Assembly: GCA_035620695.1 (NCBI GenBank)
Contig: DASPGI010000066.1
Span: 40,163-104,162 of the forward strand
Direction: 5' to 3'
Source of the DNA: Alphaproteobacteria bacterium
GTDB taxonomy: Bacteria > Pseudomonadota > Alphaproteobacteria > JAREAF01
Length of the DNA stretch: 64,000 bases
A program made the position numbers and the translations under genes. The notes beneath the pieces are model-generated. The model saw only the letters and a list, made by a program, of their open reading frames with translations. It was not told the origin of the DNA and made no database searches. Positions 39,941 to 50,644 of this stretch are shown here, piece by piece (within the stretch, counting starts at the first letter, position 1; each line of letters begins with the position of its first letter).

Positions 39941-41836
39941 TCAATTCAGAACTCGGGGGACCCCGGATGGCGCCTTCGCGCAATGGGCCGCACCTGCCGC
40001 CCTGGCGATGGCCCGGATCTCCTCTGCATCCAAGGTCTCGCGCTCAAGCAAGGCATGCGCCAGAGCTTCTAGGGCCGATGCCTGGCGGGTCAGCATCGCG
40101 ATCGCCCGGCCATGGGCGCACTCGATGATGGCACGCACCTCGCTGTTGATCAGCGCCGCCGTGGTGTCGGTCATCGCCGCCCGCTCATAAGCGCCGGAGG
40201 CTGCGCCCCCCTCCGCATAGGCCACCAGCCCCATCCGCTCGCTCATGCCCCATTTGCAGACCATGTTGCGCGCGATGTGGGTGGCCATCTCGATGTCGGC
40301 GGCCGCCCCGGTGGTGATGCGTCCAGGCCCGAAGACCAGCTCTTCCGCCGCCCGGCCGCCCATGGCCACCGCAAGGTCGGCTTCGAGCTTGGCGCGGGTC
40401 GCCGAAAGGCGGTCGCGCTCCGGCAGACGCACCACCTGGCCCAGCGATCGGCCGCGCGGCAGGATGGTCGCTTTATGCACCGGGTCGGAATCGGGCTCGT
40501 TCAGCGCGACCAGCGCATGGCCAGCCTCGTGATAGGCAGTGAGCCTCCGTTCCTCCTCGCTCATGGTAAGGCTGCGCCGCTCGGAGCCCATCAGGATCTT
40601 GTCCTTGGCGGCCTCGAAAGCGACCATATCCACCGCGTCGGCCCCGTGCCGCGCAGCGATCAGGGCCGCCTCGTTGACCAGATTGGCAAGGTCGGCACCG
40701 GAGAATCCAGGGGTGCCGCGCGCAAGATCAAGCACCTGAACCTTCTGTTCCAGCTTCAGCTTGCGCATATGGACGGTCAGGATTTCGATGCGGCCCTTCA
40801 GATCGGGATTGGCGACGTTGACCTGACGATCGAATCGGCCCGGCCTCAGCAGCGCGGGGTCGAGCACGTCCGGACGGTTGGTCGCGCCGATCAGCACGAC
40901 ACCCTCGGAAGGATCGAAGCCGTCGATCTCGACCAGAAGCTGGTTCAGGGTCTGGTCATGCTCGTCATGCCCGCCGCCCCCGCTGCCGTTACGCCGCCGA
41001 CCGACGGCGTCGATCTCGTCGATAAAGACGATGCAAGGGGCCTGCTTGCGGGCGGCGCGGAAGAGCGAGCGCACCCGCCGGGCGCCGAGGCCGACAAACA
41101 TCTCGACGAATTCGGAGCCCGAGATGGAGAAGAACGGCACCTTCGCCTCGCCGGCGACGGCACGTGCAAGCAGAGTCTTGCCGGTGCCCGGGGGTCCCAA
41201 CAGCAAAAGTCCTTTGGGCATGCGCCCGCCCAGCGACTGAAAGCGCGCCGGATCCTTTAGAAAGGCGATGACTTCGGCCAATTCTTCCTTGGCATCCTCC
41301 ACGCCCGCCACATCGGCGAAGGAAAAGCCGTTGCGCTTGGGATCGATCAGCTGCGCAGGCGATCGGCCGATCCCAAGCAACCCACCGCGACCAAAGCCGC
41401 CGCCGACCAGATAGAGTATCGGGCCGAGTAGAATCAGCGCCGGGACCAGCGAGATCATCAAGTCGATGAGGCGCCCATCCTCGGGTGCGAGAAAGGCCAG
41501 CTCGACCCCTGCTTGCCCCGCTCGCGCGGCCATCTCGGGCGCAAATCCTTCCGGAAGCAGCGTCGTCGTGAACCCGCCGGCATGGGTGCGGATCGCGAGG
41601 CGATCTTCCTTCAACACCAGTCCGGCGACTGCGCCCTCGTCGAGCAGGCGCAGAAAATCGGAATAGGCGATCTCCTCGGCGAGCGCCTCGGCAGGGCCGG
41701 CCTCGAGGTTGCCGCCCGCTTCCTTGAACAGGGCGCGGGCCTCGTCGCCCTTGCCCCAGGACAATGCCGCATAGGTTCCCGCAGAACACAGAAGCGCAAT
41801 TCCGGCGAGGATTGCCACCTTCCACTTGGCCGTCAT
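39941..41836 (-). CDS. ftsH: ATP-dependent zinc metalloprotease FtsH (paralog)
   Basis: 631 aa. Two TM helices flank a periplasmic region. AAA+ Walker A GPPGTGKT, Walker [10 protein letters not shown], second region of homology, and the zinc motif HEAGHA. Confidence 0.9.
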   Translation of the reverse strand: MTAKWKVAILAGIALLCSAGTYAALSWGKGDEARALFKEAGGNLEAGPAEALAEEIAYSDFLRLLDEGAVAGLVLKEDRLAIRTHAGGFTTTLLPEGFAPEMAARAGQAGVELAFLAPEDGRLIDLMISLVPALILLGPILYLVGGGFGRGGLLGIGRSPAQLIDPKRNGFSFADVAGVEDAKEELAEVIAFLKDPARFQSLGGRMPKGLLLLGPPGTGKTLLARAVAGEAKVPFFSISGSEFVEMFVGLGARRVRSLFRAARKQAPCIVFIDEIDAVGRRRNGSGGGGHDEHDQTLNQLLVEIDGFDPSEGVVLIGATNRPDVLDPALLRPGRFDRQVNVANPDLKGRIEILTVHMRKLKLEQKVQVLDLARGTPGFSGADLANLVNEAALIAARHGADAVDMVAFEAAKDKILMGSERRSLTMSEEERRLTAYHEAGHALVALNEPDSDPVHKATILPRGRSLGQVVRLPERDRLSATRAKLEADLAVAMGGRAAEELVFGPGRITTGAAADIEMATHIARNMVCKWGMSERMGLVAYAEGGAASGAYERAAMTDTTAALINSEVRAIIECAHGRAIAMLTRQASALEALAHALLERETLDAEEIRAIARAAGAAHCAKAPSGVPRVLN

Positions 41837-42146
41837 CGCCTCGTCACCCCACCGCCGATGCCGGAACGGTCTGAGCGAAGCCCTAGCATCGTCATGGAAA
41901 ACGAATGGTTAAGCTGCGCAAGGCGCTCCTTCTCTTCGGCCTGGAAAGTATCAGGGAAACTGCGGCCGTCACTGCCGCCCGAGTGTCCCCGACTCGGTCG
42001 GGCAATTCTTCTAACCCGTTTGAATATTGTGTGCGGAGAGATATGCCAAACAAAAATCTGCGATACGAGCCAACTTTTTTCTCGCTTCCCGTCCTGGCTT
42101 ACGTATTCTCGCCGCCGGCAAGGGGAATTGAGGGGGTCCATGACCG

Positions 42147-42926
42147 ATGTCGAACCGGCTTTCGCCGGCGGTAGGTCTGTTGGTGCGGGCCACGGCCGCC
42201 ATTATGGCGCTTGTCGTTCCGATCATCTTCGCTGAGGCCGCAACAGCCAGTCCGGAAGATCTCCGGTCCAAGCCTGATCTGTCGGCGCCGGATCTCGCCA
42301 AGGGCGTGGAGGCAATGAAACGCGGTTCCGACTATCTGGCCTTCGCCATCTTCGAGCCCTATGCGGAGCGAGGCAACCCGGTAGCAGAAGCGAATCTCGC
42401 AAACCTGTATTTGCGCGGGCGTGGCACCGAAAAGAATCCGCAAGTGGCGCGGCTGCTCTTCGAAACGGCGGCGATGCGAGGTTTGCCGCTGGCCTATGGG
42501 CAGCTTGGTGCCCTCTACCAGCAGGGCGAAGGCGCACCCGCCGATCCGAAGCTGGCATTGGATTGGTACCGGCGCGGCGCGGCCGCGGGCGATTCGGTCA
42601 GCCTGTTCGGATTGGGGCTTATGTATCAGAATGGGCTGGGGGTCCGTGCCGATCTGTTGCAGGCGGCGAAATGGTATCGCATGGCGGCGGCGCGCGGCCA
42701 TGCCCGCGCCAAGTTCGTTTTGGGCGTCATGCACTTTCAGGGTCAGGGCGTGGCCAAGAACCTGATCGAGGCCTACAAATGGTTCGCGCTGGCGCAAGCC
42801 GCGCTGCCGCCCGGACTGGATCGCGACCGCAGCGCCAAGGCGGCAAGCCTTATCGAGGCAAGCCTGCCGCATAACGAACTGGAAGCGGCGCGCGCCTCCG
42901 CACGCTCCTGGAAGCCGGAGGAATAG
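42147..42926 (+). CDS. Sel1-repeat (TPR-like) secreted protein
   Basis: 259 aa. Signal-peptide-like N-terminus and about five Sel1 repeats (...LANLYLRGRGTEKN..., ...LGALYQQGEG..., ...LGLMYQNGLG..., ...LGVMHFQGQG..., ...AYKWFALA...). Confidence 0.8.
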   Translation: MSNRLSPAVGLLVRATAAIMALVVPIIFAEAATASPEDLRSKPDLSAPDLAKGVEAMKRGSDYLAFAIFEPYAERGNPVAEANLANLYLRGRGTEKNPQVARLLFETAAMRGLPLAYGQLGALYQQGEGAPADPKLALDWYRRGAAAGDSVSLFGLGLMYQNGLGVRADLLQAAKWYRMAAARGHARAKFVLGVMHFQGQGVAKNLIEAYKWFALAQAALPPGLDRDRSAKAASLIEASLPHNELEAARASARSWKPEE

Positions 42927-42935
42927 GCCTACGCG

Positions 42936-44843
42936 CTAATGCAGCGCTTGTTCGTGCGGGCGCGGCGCGGTCTCCCCAACCGCGCGGCGCAACTCCTCGC
43001 GCAACCGCTCGGGCGCGAAGGGCTTGTGCAGCAGCACGCAGCCCGACTGCTTGGCCTCGCGCAAGCGGTCGGGGCCGGTGTCGCCGGTGAGGATGATCCC
43101 CGGGATGCGCCGACCGGCGATCTGCGCGATCAGCGCGATGGTCTCGACCCCGGTCATCCTGCTCGGCATGCGAAAATCGCTGATCACCAAGGCCGGAGTC
43201 CGTGGCGCCGAGCGCACCGCGATTAGCGCCTTTTCCGGACTACCTGCGGCAATCACCCGGTAGCCCCAGCCCTCCAGCATCATCTGCATCCCGATGCGTT
43301 GCTCACGATCGTCCTCGATGATGAGGATGGTCGAGGCCGAGGGCGGGATCTCAGTAACTGGCTCAACCGAGGGCGCGGGCGCCGCGGCGCTCGCCTGGAC
43401 CAGTGGCACGGAAATAGAGAAAACTGAGCCGTGACCCGGCCGCGAACGCACCGATACCGGATGGTCGAGCAGGCGCGCCATGCGCGCCACGATCGGCAGT
43501 CCTAGCCCAAGCCCTTGCGAGCGGTCGCGCTCCGGATTGCCGATCTGAAAGAAATCCTCGAAAACCGCCTGCTGTTTTTCTACCGGGATGCCGATGCCGG
43601 TATCGACCACGATCAGGTTCCACCGGCCGGCCCGACGACGGCAACCCAAAAGAATGCCGCCCCGTTGCGTGTAGCGCAGCGCATTGTTGAGCAGATTGCG
43701 CACCATGCGCTCCAGCAGCACGGAATCCGATCGCACCACAGCCAGTGACGGCACCATGCGGAAATCAAGCCCCTTTGCAGAGGCTTGTGGCTCGAATTCT
43801 TGCGCCAGTCGGGTCAGCATCGACTGAATGGGAAAATCCGCAAGGCGCGGCTCGACGGTGCCCGCCTCCAGCGTCGAGATATCGAGCAGAGCGTTCAGGA
43901 GCTCCTCGCCCGCCTGCATAGCTTCGCCCAAGCGTGTCGCTATTTCGCGTGTGCCGCTGTCGGCAAGGCGCGATTGCAGGATATGGTGGAAGAGGCGCAT
44001 CGCCTGAAAAGGCTGCCGCAGGTCGTGGCTGGCGGTCGCGAGGAATCTGGACTTCGCGGCATTGGCCCGCTCAGCCTCGTCGCGCGCACGACGCTCGGCC
44101 CCTTCGGCACGGCGTCGTTCGGTGATCTCGACCGTAAGCCGCCGGTTGCTGCTCTCAAGCGCGGCCGTGCGCTCGGCAACGCGCTGCTCGAGATTGGAGA
44201 GGAGGCGATCGCGCGACCGCAGCAATGCATCCTTCTCCAGCCGTAGGCGCTGGCTGCGGGCGAACGCGCTGCCCAGATTGCGGGCGACGATCGACAGCCC
44301 AGCGGCATAGGCTATGACCATCGCGGCCATCGCCAAATGCGCGATCGTACCTTCCATCGCGAGCCGGGCGCCGAGCGGCAGCAGGACGGGAAGGAGAAAG
44401 GTGTAGAAGGCCGGCCCGTAGCACGACAGCGCCGCCGCCGCTCCGGCACACATCCCCGTCGCGGCCAGAATCGTGAGCATCTGCAGCAGAAGCGTACTCG
44501 GAAAGAGCAGGGCCAGCCCGACGCCCCACAAGACCGCCGCGACCGCCGTTCCACCCACCGCGATGCCAGCCCAGGCGTCGATTTCATCGGGCGAGGGATC
44601 AGCGCAGCGGCGTCTGCGCCAGAGCACAAATCGCGCGGCTGACACGACCAGAATTGAGATGAGCCACGCCACCGGAAGGATCCATTCACCTTCCGTCGCC
44701 AGCGCAACGGCGATCAGAAGCGCGACTACCACATTGCTGGCCAGGACGACGGGTTGCTGCTGGAAGAGCACGCGCACTTGCTCTGCCCGCAGCCGCGCGG
44801 CCTCGGGCTGCCCCTCCCACGCTTCGGCGTCAGGGGTCTGCGC
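42936..44843 (-). CDS. Membrane-anchored hybrid sensor histidine kinase / response regulator
   Basis: N-terminal 6-7 TM sensor module, H-box ATASHDLRQPFQA, HATPase_c (NLLNNALRYT ... DTGIGIP ... GLGLGL) and a C-terminal receiver (ILIIEDD ... ISDFRMP ... ILTGD). Start uncertain (44843, 44867 or 45044). Confidence 0.85.
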   Translation of the reverse strand, partial: AQTPDAEAWEGQPEAARLRAEQVRVLFQQQPVVLASNVVVALLIAVALATEGEWILPVAWLISILVVSAARFVLWRRRRCADPSPDEIDAWAGIAVGGTAVAAVLWGVGLALLFPSTLLLQMLTILAATGMCAGAAAALSCYGPAFYTFLLPVLLPLGARLAMEGTIAHLAMAAMVIAYAAGLSIVARNLGSAFARSQRLRLEKDALLRSRDRLLSNLEQRVAERTAALESSNRRLTVEITERRRAEGAERRARDEAERANAAKSRFLATASHDLRQPFQAMRLFHHILQSRLADSGTREIATRLGEAMQAGEELLNALLDISTLEAGTVEPRLADFPIQSMLTRLAQEFEPQASAKGLDFRMVPSLAVVRSDSVLLERMVRNLLNNALRYTQRGGILLGCRRRAGRWNLIVVDTGIGIPVEKQQAVFEDFFQIGNPERDRSQGLGLGLPIVARMARLLDHPVSVRSRPGHGSVFSISVPLVQASAAAPAPSVEPVTEIPPSASTILIIEDDREQRIGMQMMLEGWGYRVIAAGSPEKALIAVRSAPRTPALVISDFRMPSRMTGVETIALIAQIAGRRIPGIILTGDTGPDRLREAKQSGCVLLHKPFAPERLREELRRAVGETAPRPHEQALH

Positions 44844-45203
44844 TCCTGCCATCTCAATGTTCGCGGCAGGTCTCATTCCCCGACAACGCCCCCTTGGATC
44901 GCAATAGTCCTTTTCGGTCGCCGCACGGCAAAGAGCAGTCGATCGCTCTTGCGGACTTAAGGCCCCCTGCTCGCGCAGTCCCGGGAAAACGAATCCCGAG
45001 TGAATGCGAACGCGGCATTGATCACGATATCTCGACGCTTGCACGTTACCTAGGAATTACTTTGAAATATTAACTCTGCCTTAGAGAACTTCATTTCCTG
45101 CGCGAAATTGCAACCTTTCGCTGCGCTTGGAAGTCGGCATGCTTGCCCCAAGCCCGAGCGGCATGTCACCAATCCGCCTCGCCCTCATCAAACAGGAGCC
45201 TCC

Positions 45204-46367
45204 ATGCCGACAGATACACTTCGCTTCAGCGCCGCGATGAGGCTCGTGGGCGAGTCCGAGATCGCGCAGGTCTGGAAGCTGGGCTTCGAGGTTCCCGATG
45301 TCGTGGGGCTGTGGGTGGGCGAGGGAGACCTGCCGACGCCGGACTTCATCTCGGATGCCGCGGTCAAGGCGCTGCGCGACGGGCACACCTTCTACACGCA
45401 CAAAAGCGGCATCCCGGAGCTGCGTGCCGCACTGCGGCGCTACCATGCGCGCATCTACGGCGTCGAACCTGCGATTGAACGGATCACGGTCACGGGCTCC
45501 GCCATGACCGGCATCTTGATGCTGATGCAGGCTCTGCTTGATCCGGGCGATTCGGTCGCGGTGGTAACGCCGGTCTGGCCCAACATCTTCGCCGCCGTCC
45601 AGATTCAGGGCGGCATCGTCCGCGAGGTGCCGCTGAAGGTCGAGGGCGATCGCTGGCGTCTCGACCTTGAAGCGTTGTTCGCCGCCTGCGACAGGACCAC
45701 CAAGGCCATTTTCATCGTCTCGCCCGGCAACCCGACGGGCTGGATCATGACGGCGGAGGAGCAGGCGGCGGTCGTCGACTTCTGCCGACAGCGCAGCATC
45801 CTCTACATCGCCGATGAGGTCTATCACCGCTTCGTCTATGAAGGGCGCGGTGTCGCCCCCTCGGTGCTGGAGGTGATGCGGCCGGACGACCCGGTGTCGA
45901 TCGTCAACACGTTTTCGAAGAGTTGGGCCATGACCGGCTGGCGGCTCGGCTGGCTGATCAGTCCGCCCAGGCTGGCCGAAACCCTCGATACGCTCGTGGA
46001 ATACAATACCAGCGGCAGCCAACCATTCCTGCAGCATGCCTGCATCGTGGCGCTCGAGAAAGGCGACGGCTTCATCGCCGAGCAGGTGGAGCGATGCGGA
46101 CGCGCACGTGCACTTTTGATGCAGCGCTTCGCGGCGATGCCCCGCATCCGGCTGATGCGCCCGGATGCCGCTTTCTACGCCTTCTTCGGAATCGAAGGCG
46201 TGAGCGACAGCCTGAGCCACGCCAAGAAGCTGGTGCGCGAGGCGCGCGTGGGGCTAGCACCCGGCACCGCTTTCGGCAAGAGCGGCCAAGGCTGGTTCCG
46301 GCTATGCTATGCGGGCAGCATCGACCGGCTCCAGCGCGGGTTCGACCGTCTCGAGGCGGCACTTTAG
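45204..46367 (+). CDS. Class I/II PLP-dependent aminotransferase (aspartate/aromatic type)
   Basis: Start at MPTDTLRF (AGGAG RBS) rather than the listed 45108. PLP-lysine block NTFSKSWAMTGWRLGW. Confidence 0.85.
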   Translation: MPTDTLRFSAAMRLVGESEIAQVWKLGFEVPDVVGLWVGEGDLPTPDFISDAAVKALRDGHTFYTHKSGIPELRAALRRYHARIYGVEPAIERITVTGSAMTGILMLMQALLDPGDSVAVVTPVWPNIFAAVQIQGGIVREVPLKVEGDRWRLDLEALFAACDRTTKAIFIVSPGNPTGWIMTAEEQAAVVDFCRQRSILYIADEVYHRFVYEGRGVAPSVLEVMRPDDPVSIVNTFSKSWAMTGWRLGWLISPPRLAETLDTLVEYNTSGSQPFLQHACIVALEKGDGFIAEQVERCGRARALLMQRFAAMPRIRLMRPDAAFYAFFGIEGVSDSLSHAKKLVREARVGLAPGTAFGKSGQGWFRLCYAGSIDRLQRGFDRLEAAL

Positions 46368-46392
46368 TCCGTGTTGAAAGTTCTCTCGCCGG

Positions 46393-47019
46393 TCAGCCGG
46401 CTTTGACCTGCCTGCTGCGCTCGGGCGCATCATCGCGGGAGCGGGCGCGCTTACGAAAGATCCAGATGCTGGCAGGCGGCACGTTCTGTAGGACGCGCGC
46501 GACCGGACGCCCCTTCAGTCCGAACTCGCGACGTGGCAAGGGCGAGAACAGGCTGTAGGTGAATTGGATGAACGGAGCTCCAGGCTCCAACACCTCGAAA
46601 CTGGCGTCCAGAAGCTCGCGTAGAATGCGCTTGGGCATCGCCACCACAGGTAGGCCTGACACCACTGCGGCGACCGGTCCGATGCCGAGCGTCTTCAGAT
46701 GCTGGCCGAGATGTCGGGCATCGCCCTGGACGACCGTCACGCCCGGAAACCTGCTGCGCAAATGGCGCGCAAGATCCGGATCCCGTTCGACCACGATCAG
46801 ACGTTCAGCCGGGACGTGATGCAGGAGCGCTGCCGTCACCGATCCGGTGCCGCCGCCCAGCTCCACGATCGGCAGACTGGAGCGGCGCGGCACGACCCGC
46901 GCCATCGCCCGCCCCAAATGCTCACCCGAGGGTGCGATCGCCCCAACCCGCAACGGCGATTTCAACCACGCCTTCAGGAACAGGAGCGTGGCGTTCGAGT
47001 TCTTGTCGGTGAGCGGCAT
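46393..47019 (-). CDS. Small class I SAM-dependent methyltransferase (rRNA-adenine-dimethylase-like / Rhodobacter-type phospholipid N-methyltransferase-like)
   Basis: Start at MPLTDKN (ATG at 47019). SAM motif I VELGGGTGSVTAAL. Confidence 0.7.
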   Translation of the reverse strand: MPLTDKNSNATLLFLKAWLKSPLRVGAIAPSGEHLGRAMARVVPRRSSLPIVELGGGTGSVTAALLHHVPAERLIVVERDPDLARHLRSRFPGVTVVQGDARHLGQHLKTLGIGPVAAVVSGLPVVAMPKRILRELLDASFEVLEPGAPFIQFTYSLFSPLPRREFGLKGRPVARVLQNVPPASIWIFRKRARSRDDAPERSRQVKAG

Positions 47020-47100
47020 GCCTCGCTCCCGTGCCTGGCTCGGACGCGCCATTCGCGCCGAAGTCAGCGGCTTTGGCCAGTGATATATACGCTCGTTAGC

Positions 47101-48369
47101 TCACGAGGAAGCGGATTGCCGTGCCAGCGTCAGCGGTCGGTCCGCCAGAAAAAGGTGATTGATGGCGTTCAGCACGGCGTAAAGCGCCGCAAAATCCCGC
47201 TCGAATTCCCCCTCGCTCAGCGAAAGGCCGGCCTCGGAGACCGCGCGGCGAAGGTCGCCGATGGTGCGCCGCCCATCGATCTGCGCAAGGATTGGCACGG
47301 CCCGGCGCGGCAATGGAAAGCTCAGGCTGGTCGCGCCAAAGCCAACCTTCAGCGGCTGGCCTGGCTTCAATCCACGCGCGAGGGCGCCGCCGTCCCCCTC
47401 GCGCAAGATCGGGATCAGATCGGAGGCGATTTGCGCCTTCGACCGACGAGCATCGCCGGCCGGAACCAGATAGGCGATATGAACCTTGAGGTCGCCGGCA
47501 ACCAGCTCCGCCACGGCGGCCCTCTGGATCGGGTCGAGAGGCCGCAGTCGTTCAAGGAGCGCCGGATCGGTGAGATAGCTTTCCGGCTGGTAGCGCGCCG
47601 GCTCGATCAGGCTGACGACATCGAAACCGGCCGAAGCGACGAGTTGCGCCAGTTCGGGCACCGTATAGGACCGGTCGCGCTCATGCAGAAGCAGATCGTA
47701 AAGACCGGCGTCGCCGCCCTTGAGATGGTCGCCGACAAAGGGATTGCGAAGCAACCAGTTGGTGCGGGGAAGCTGCCTAAGAAGACGACGGGCGCGGTCC
47801 AGCCGGGTCCGCTGCGGCTCGCCCTCATTGGTCAGCGCGCGCAAGATAGTTTGTGCATGGTAAACGCCGATTCGCCCAAGCGCGCCGTAGACCATCATCC
47901 CGATGCCGCCGCCCTGCGCCAGGGCGCGCCTAAGCATGGCGAGGCCCGCTGCCGGATCTTCGAGATGATGCAGGACGCCGCAGCAATCGACATAGTCGAA
48001 GGAACCGAGCCCGGATCCCTCCAACTCCTCGATCGTGCCGGCTTCGAATCGAATGTTGCCGAGATTGCGGATCCTCGCCCGCGCTTCGGCAATGTTTCGC
48101 GCGGCTCGGCTGGGCTCGAGATGAACGATCTCTGCCGGCGCGCGGAGATCGGAGAGCTGCTGAGCCAGCATAATCGCTCCGTCGCCGGTGCCCGCCCCGG
48201 CAAACAATGCACGAAACGGAAGGTCGAAGTCGCGCCGCCCGGCAAAAAGATAATGGTTGATCTCGAGGATGTGGCTCGGCGAGCCGACGATCAGCCTGCG
48301 CCGTTCGTCGGCCGGATCGCGCGCGGGGTAAGGAAACTCCTCGTACTGGGCCCGGACGGGGTCGCTCAT
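47101..48369 (-). CDS. Class I SAM-dependent methyltransferase, about 422 aa, function unknown
   Basis: The real start is at MSDPVRAQYEEFPYP (ATG at 48369, ATGA-coupled to the qor stop). The listed 757-aa ORF is an out-of-frame 5' over-extension through qor. SAM motif I FAGAGTGDGAIMLAQQL. Confidence 0.7.
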   Translation of the reverse strand: MSDPVRAQYEEFPYPARDPADERRRLIVGSPSHILEINHYLFAGRRDFDLPFRALFAGAGTGDGAIMLAQQLSDLRAPAEIVHLEPSRAARNIAEARARIRNLGNIRFEAGTIEELEGSGLGSFDYVDCCGVLHHLEDPAAGLAMLRRALAQGGGIGMMVYGALGRIGVYHAQTILRALTNEGEPQRTRLDRARRLLRQLPRTNWLLRNPFVGDHLKGGDAGLYDLLLHERDRSYTVPELAQLVASAGFDVVSLIEPARYQPESYLTDPALLERLRPLDPIQRAAVAELVAGDLKVHIAYLVPAGDARRSKAQIASDLIPILREGDGGALARGLKPGQPLKVGFGATSLSFPLPRRAVPILAQIDGRRTIGDLRRAVSEAGLSLSEGEFERDFAALYAVLNAINHLFLADRPLTLARQSASS

Positions 48370-49355
48370 TCCTTCAAGGTGAGCACCACCTTGCCCGTGG
48401 CGCGCCGCTCCTTGAGCGATTTGAGGGCTTCGGCCACTTCGCCAAGCGGCAGGCGATGCAAGACATGGGGCTTGAGGAGGCCCTGGCTCCACCAGCCGAA
48501 CAGCTCGGCGAAGGCCGGCGCAAGAAGCTCCACCGCATGCTTGCGATACGAGCCCCACCAGAATCCCAGCGCGGAGGCATTCTTGACCAGCAGCAGATTG
48601 GCCGGAATCTGTTGCACGCGTCCCCCGGCAAAGCCGATCACGATCACCCGCCCGCCCCAGGCGAGCGCCCGGAACAGCGCATCGAACGTGTCGCCGCCGA
48701 CCGGGTCGAAAGCAACTTCGATACCGGGCTTGCTGAGCTTTTGCGCAATGTCCTTCAGCCGGCCACGCAGATCCTCGACGCGATAGTCGATGACATAGTC
48801 CGCACCTCGCGCGGCGGCGAGCGCCAGTTTGTCGACGCCGGAGGCGCCGGCGATCACCGTGGCGCCCAGCGCTTTGCCTACCTCGACGGCTGAAAGGCCG
48901 ACGCCCCCGGCGGCCCCGGTTACCAAGAGGAGCTCGCCGGGCCGGGTACCGGCGCGCCATCGCAGCGCGCCATAGGCCGTCCCGTAGGTGATCGGGAATC
49001 CTGCAGCGGTCGCGAAGTCCATTTCGTTCGGGATCGCAAAGACGTCGCTCTCGCGTGCGACCGCCTGCTCGGCGAAGCCGCCATGATCGAGCACGGCCAT
49101 GACCCGCTGGCGTGGGGTGAGCCGCTTCACGCCCGGCCCGATGGCTCGGACGGTGCCGGCAACCTCCAGCCCCGGCACGAAGGGCAGCGGCGGCTTTTCC
49201 TGATACTGGCCCGCGACCATCAGAATATCGGCGAAATTCACGCCAGCCGCGTGCACATCGATCGTGACTTGGCCAGGACCGGGAGCCGGGGTCGGCAACT
49301 CGTCCAGCACCAGACCTTCGGGGCCGCCCGAGGCGCGGCAGATCACCGCACGCAT
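48366..49355 (-). CDS. qor: NADPH:quinone oxidoreductase (zinc-type MDR superfamily)
   Basis: 329 aa. MDR fold with the nucleotide-binding glycine motif VTGAAGGVGLSAVEV. Confidence 0.88.
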   Translation of the reverse strand: MRAVICRASGGPEGLVLDELPTPAPGPGQVTIDVHAAGVNFADILMVAGQYQEKPPLPFVPGLEVAGTVRAIGPGVKRLTPRQRVMAVLDHGGFAEQAVARESDVFAIPNEMDFATAAGFPITYGTAYGALRWRAGTRPGELLLVTGAAGGVGLSAVEVGKALGATVIAGASGVDKLALAAARGADYVIDYRVEDLRGRLKDIAQKLSKPGIEVAFDPVGGDTFDALFRALAWGGRVIVIGFAGGRVQQIPANLLLVKNASALGFWWGSYRKHAVELLAPAFAELFGWWSQGLLKPHVLHRLPLGEVAEALKSLKERRATGKVVLTLKE

Positions 49356-49515
49356 GGCACTTCTCGCAAATCAAATCTCATATCTAGGCGTCCGGTGCGG
49401 CACATCGCGCTCGCACCACCCCCGGAAGGTCATACGGATGTCGCCCAAGCCGCCATCCCTCCCTTCCTACGATGCTCATATAGTGCCTCGTCAAACCGCG
49501 ATCCAGGTCCCTTTC

Positions 49516-50553
49516 TCAAGCTTCGCCGGCGTTGATCCGGATCGCTCCCACCAGTCGTCCGACGCGGTTGAAGACGGGTGGATGAAGGCGCAAAGCAAGA
49601 TTCTGGCGGCTGAGTTCGTCGAGTAGGCCGAAGCTTTCGAGCAAATGCGCCACCACAAGCTCAACCGCGCGTCCCGCGCCGTCCACGGTCTTGAGTGCAA
49701 TGCCGATGCCCTGCTCCGGCAAGGCGGCGCAGAATACACCCTCCGCGCCTGTCTTGACGAAGGCGCGCGCGCCCAGACACTCCATCACCTCGGTGCAGAA
49801 TCGCCCCGTGCCGGCGAGCATGAACGGCTCGGCAGCGACGGCGCTGCGAATGCGATCGACGGCGGCGCGACGGTCGGGCGGCAGGGCGCCGGGATCGGCG
49901 ATACGCGCCATGCCGAGCGCGAGCTTTTCCAAGGGAACCCCCATGACCGGAATGCCGCAGCCGTCGATCCCCCTGGGCGCGCGCGACAGGTCGACACCGC
50001 ACATCTCCTCAAGCACGCGCGTGACGCGCTGTTGCACGGGATGAGTCGGCTCGATATAGCCGCGCACGCGCTCTCCCATGTGGCGGGCGGTGGCAAGAAA
50101 TCCAGCATGCTTTCCCGAGCAGTTATTGTGCGCGGGGCTTGCGGCCAATCCGGCGGCGATAAGCGCGGCAGCGCTGGGTTCGTGAAATGGCGTGTGGCTG
50201 CCGCATTCGAGGTCGGCTTGCGAAAGCCCGATCCGCTCCAGCCAGTGCAACACCCTTTCGACATGCCGCGGTTCGCCGCTATGCGAGGCGCAAGCCAGGG
50301 CAAGTTCGCTCGCATCGACAGCCCACCGATCGGCCGCACCGGTCTCGACCAAAGGCAATGCCTGCAGCCCCTTGACGGCTGACCGCGCAAAGACGGGGCT
50401 TTCGATCTCGCCGCGCCAGGCGATGCGACGTCCGGCGGAGTCGACCGCGGCGAAAGAAACCGCATGTCGGCTCTCGACCATGTCGCCGCGAATGACCTCG
50501 ACGATAAGGGGCGCGTGTCCGCCATCGCGCGGCTGCGCAAGAAGCTCGGTCAT
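49516..50553 (-). CDS. Asparaginase II family protein (Rhizobium-etli-type L-asparaginase)
   Basis: 345 aa. Family PF06089-like blocks (SAVKGLQALPL ... CSGKHAGFLA). Confidence 0.8.
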   Translation of the reverse strand: MTELLAQPRDGGHAPLIVEVIRGDMVESRHAVSFAAVDSAGRRIAWRGEIESPVFARSAVKGLQALPLVETGAADRWAVDASELALACASHSGEPRHVERVLHWLERIGLSQADLECGSHTPFHEPSAAALIAAGLAASPAHNNCSGKHAGFLATARHMGERVRGYIEPTHPVQQRVTRVLEEMCGVDLSRAPRGIDGCGIPVMGVPLEKLALGMARIADPGALPPDRRAAVDRIRSAVAAEPFMLAGTGRFCTEVMECLGARAFVKTGAEGVFCAALPEQGIGIALKTVDGAGRAVELVVAHLLESFGLLDELSRQNLALRLHPPVFNRVGRLVGAIRINAGEA

Positions 50554-50644
50554 GGCTGATGGAATACCTGCCGCTCGCCAGATCCCTCAAGGTCGAGCCG
50601 ACCACCTTGCCTCGTTCACGGCGCGCGTGCAAGGTTTGGGCCCG

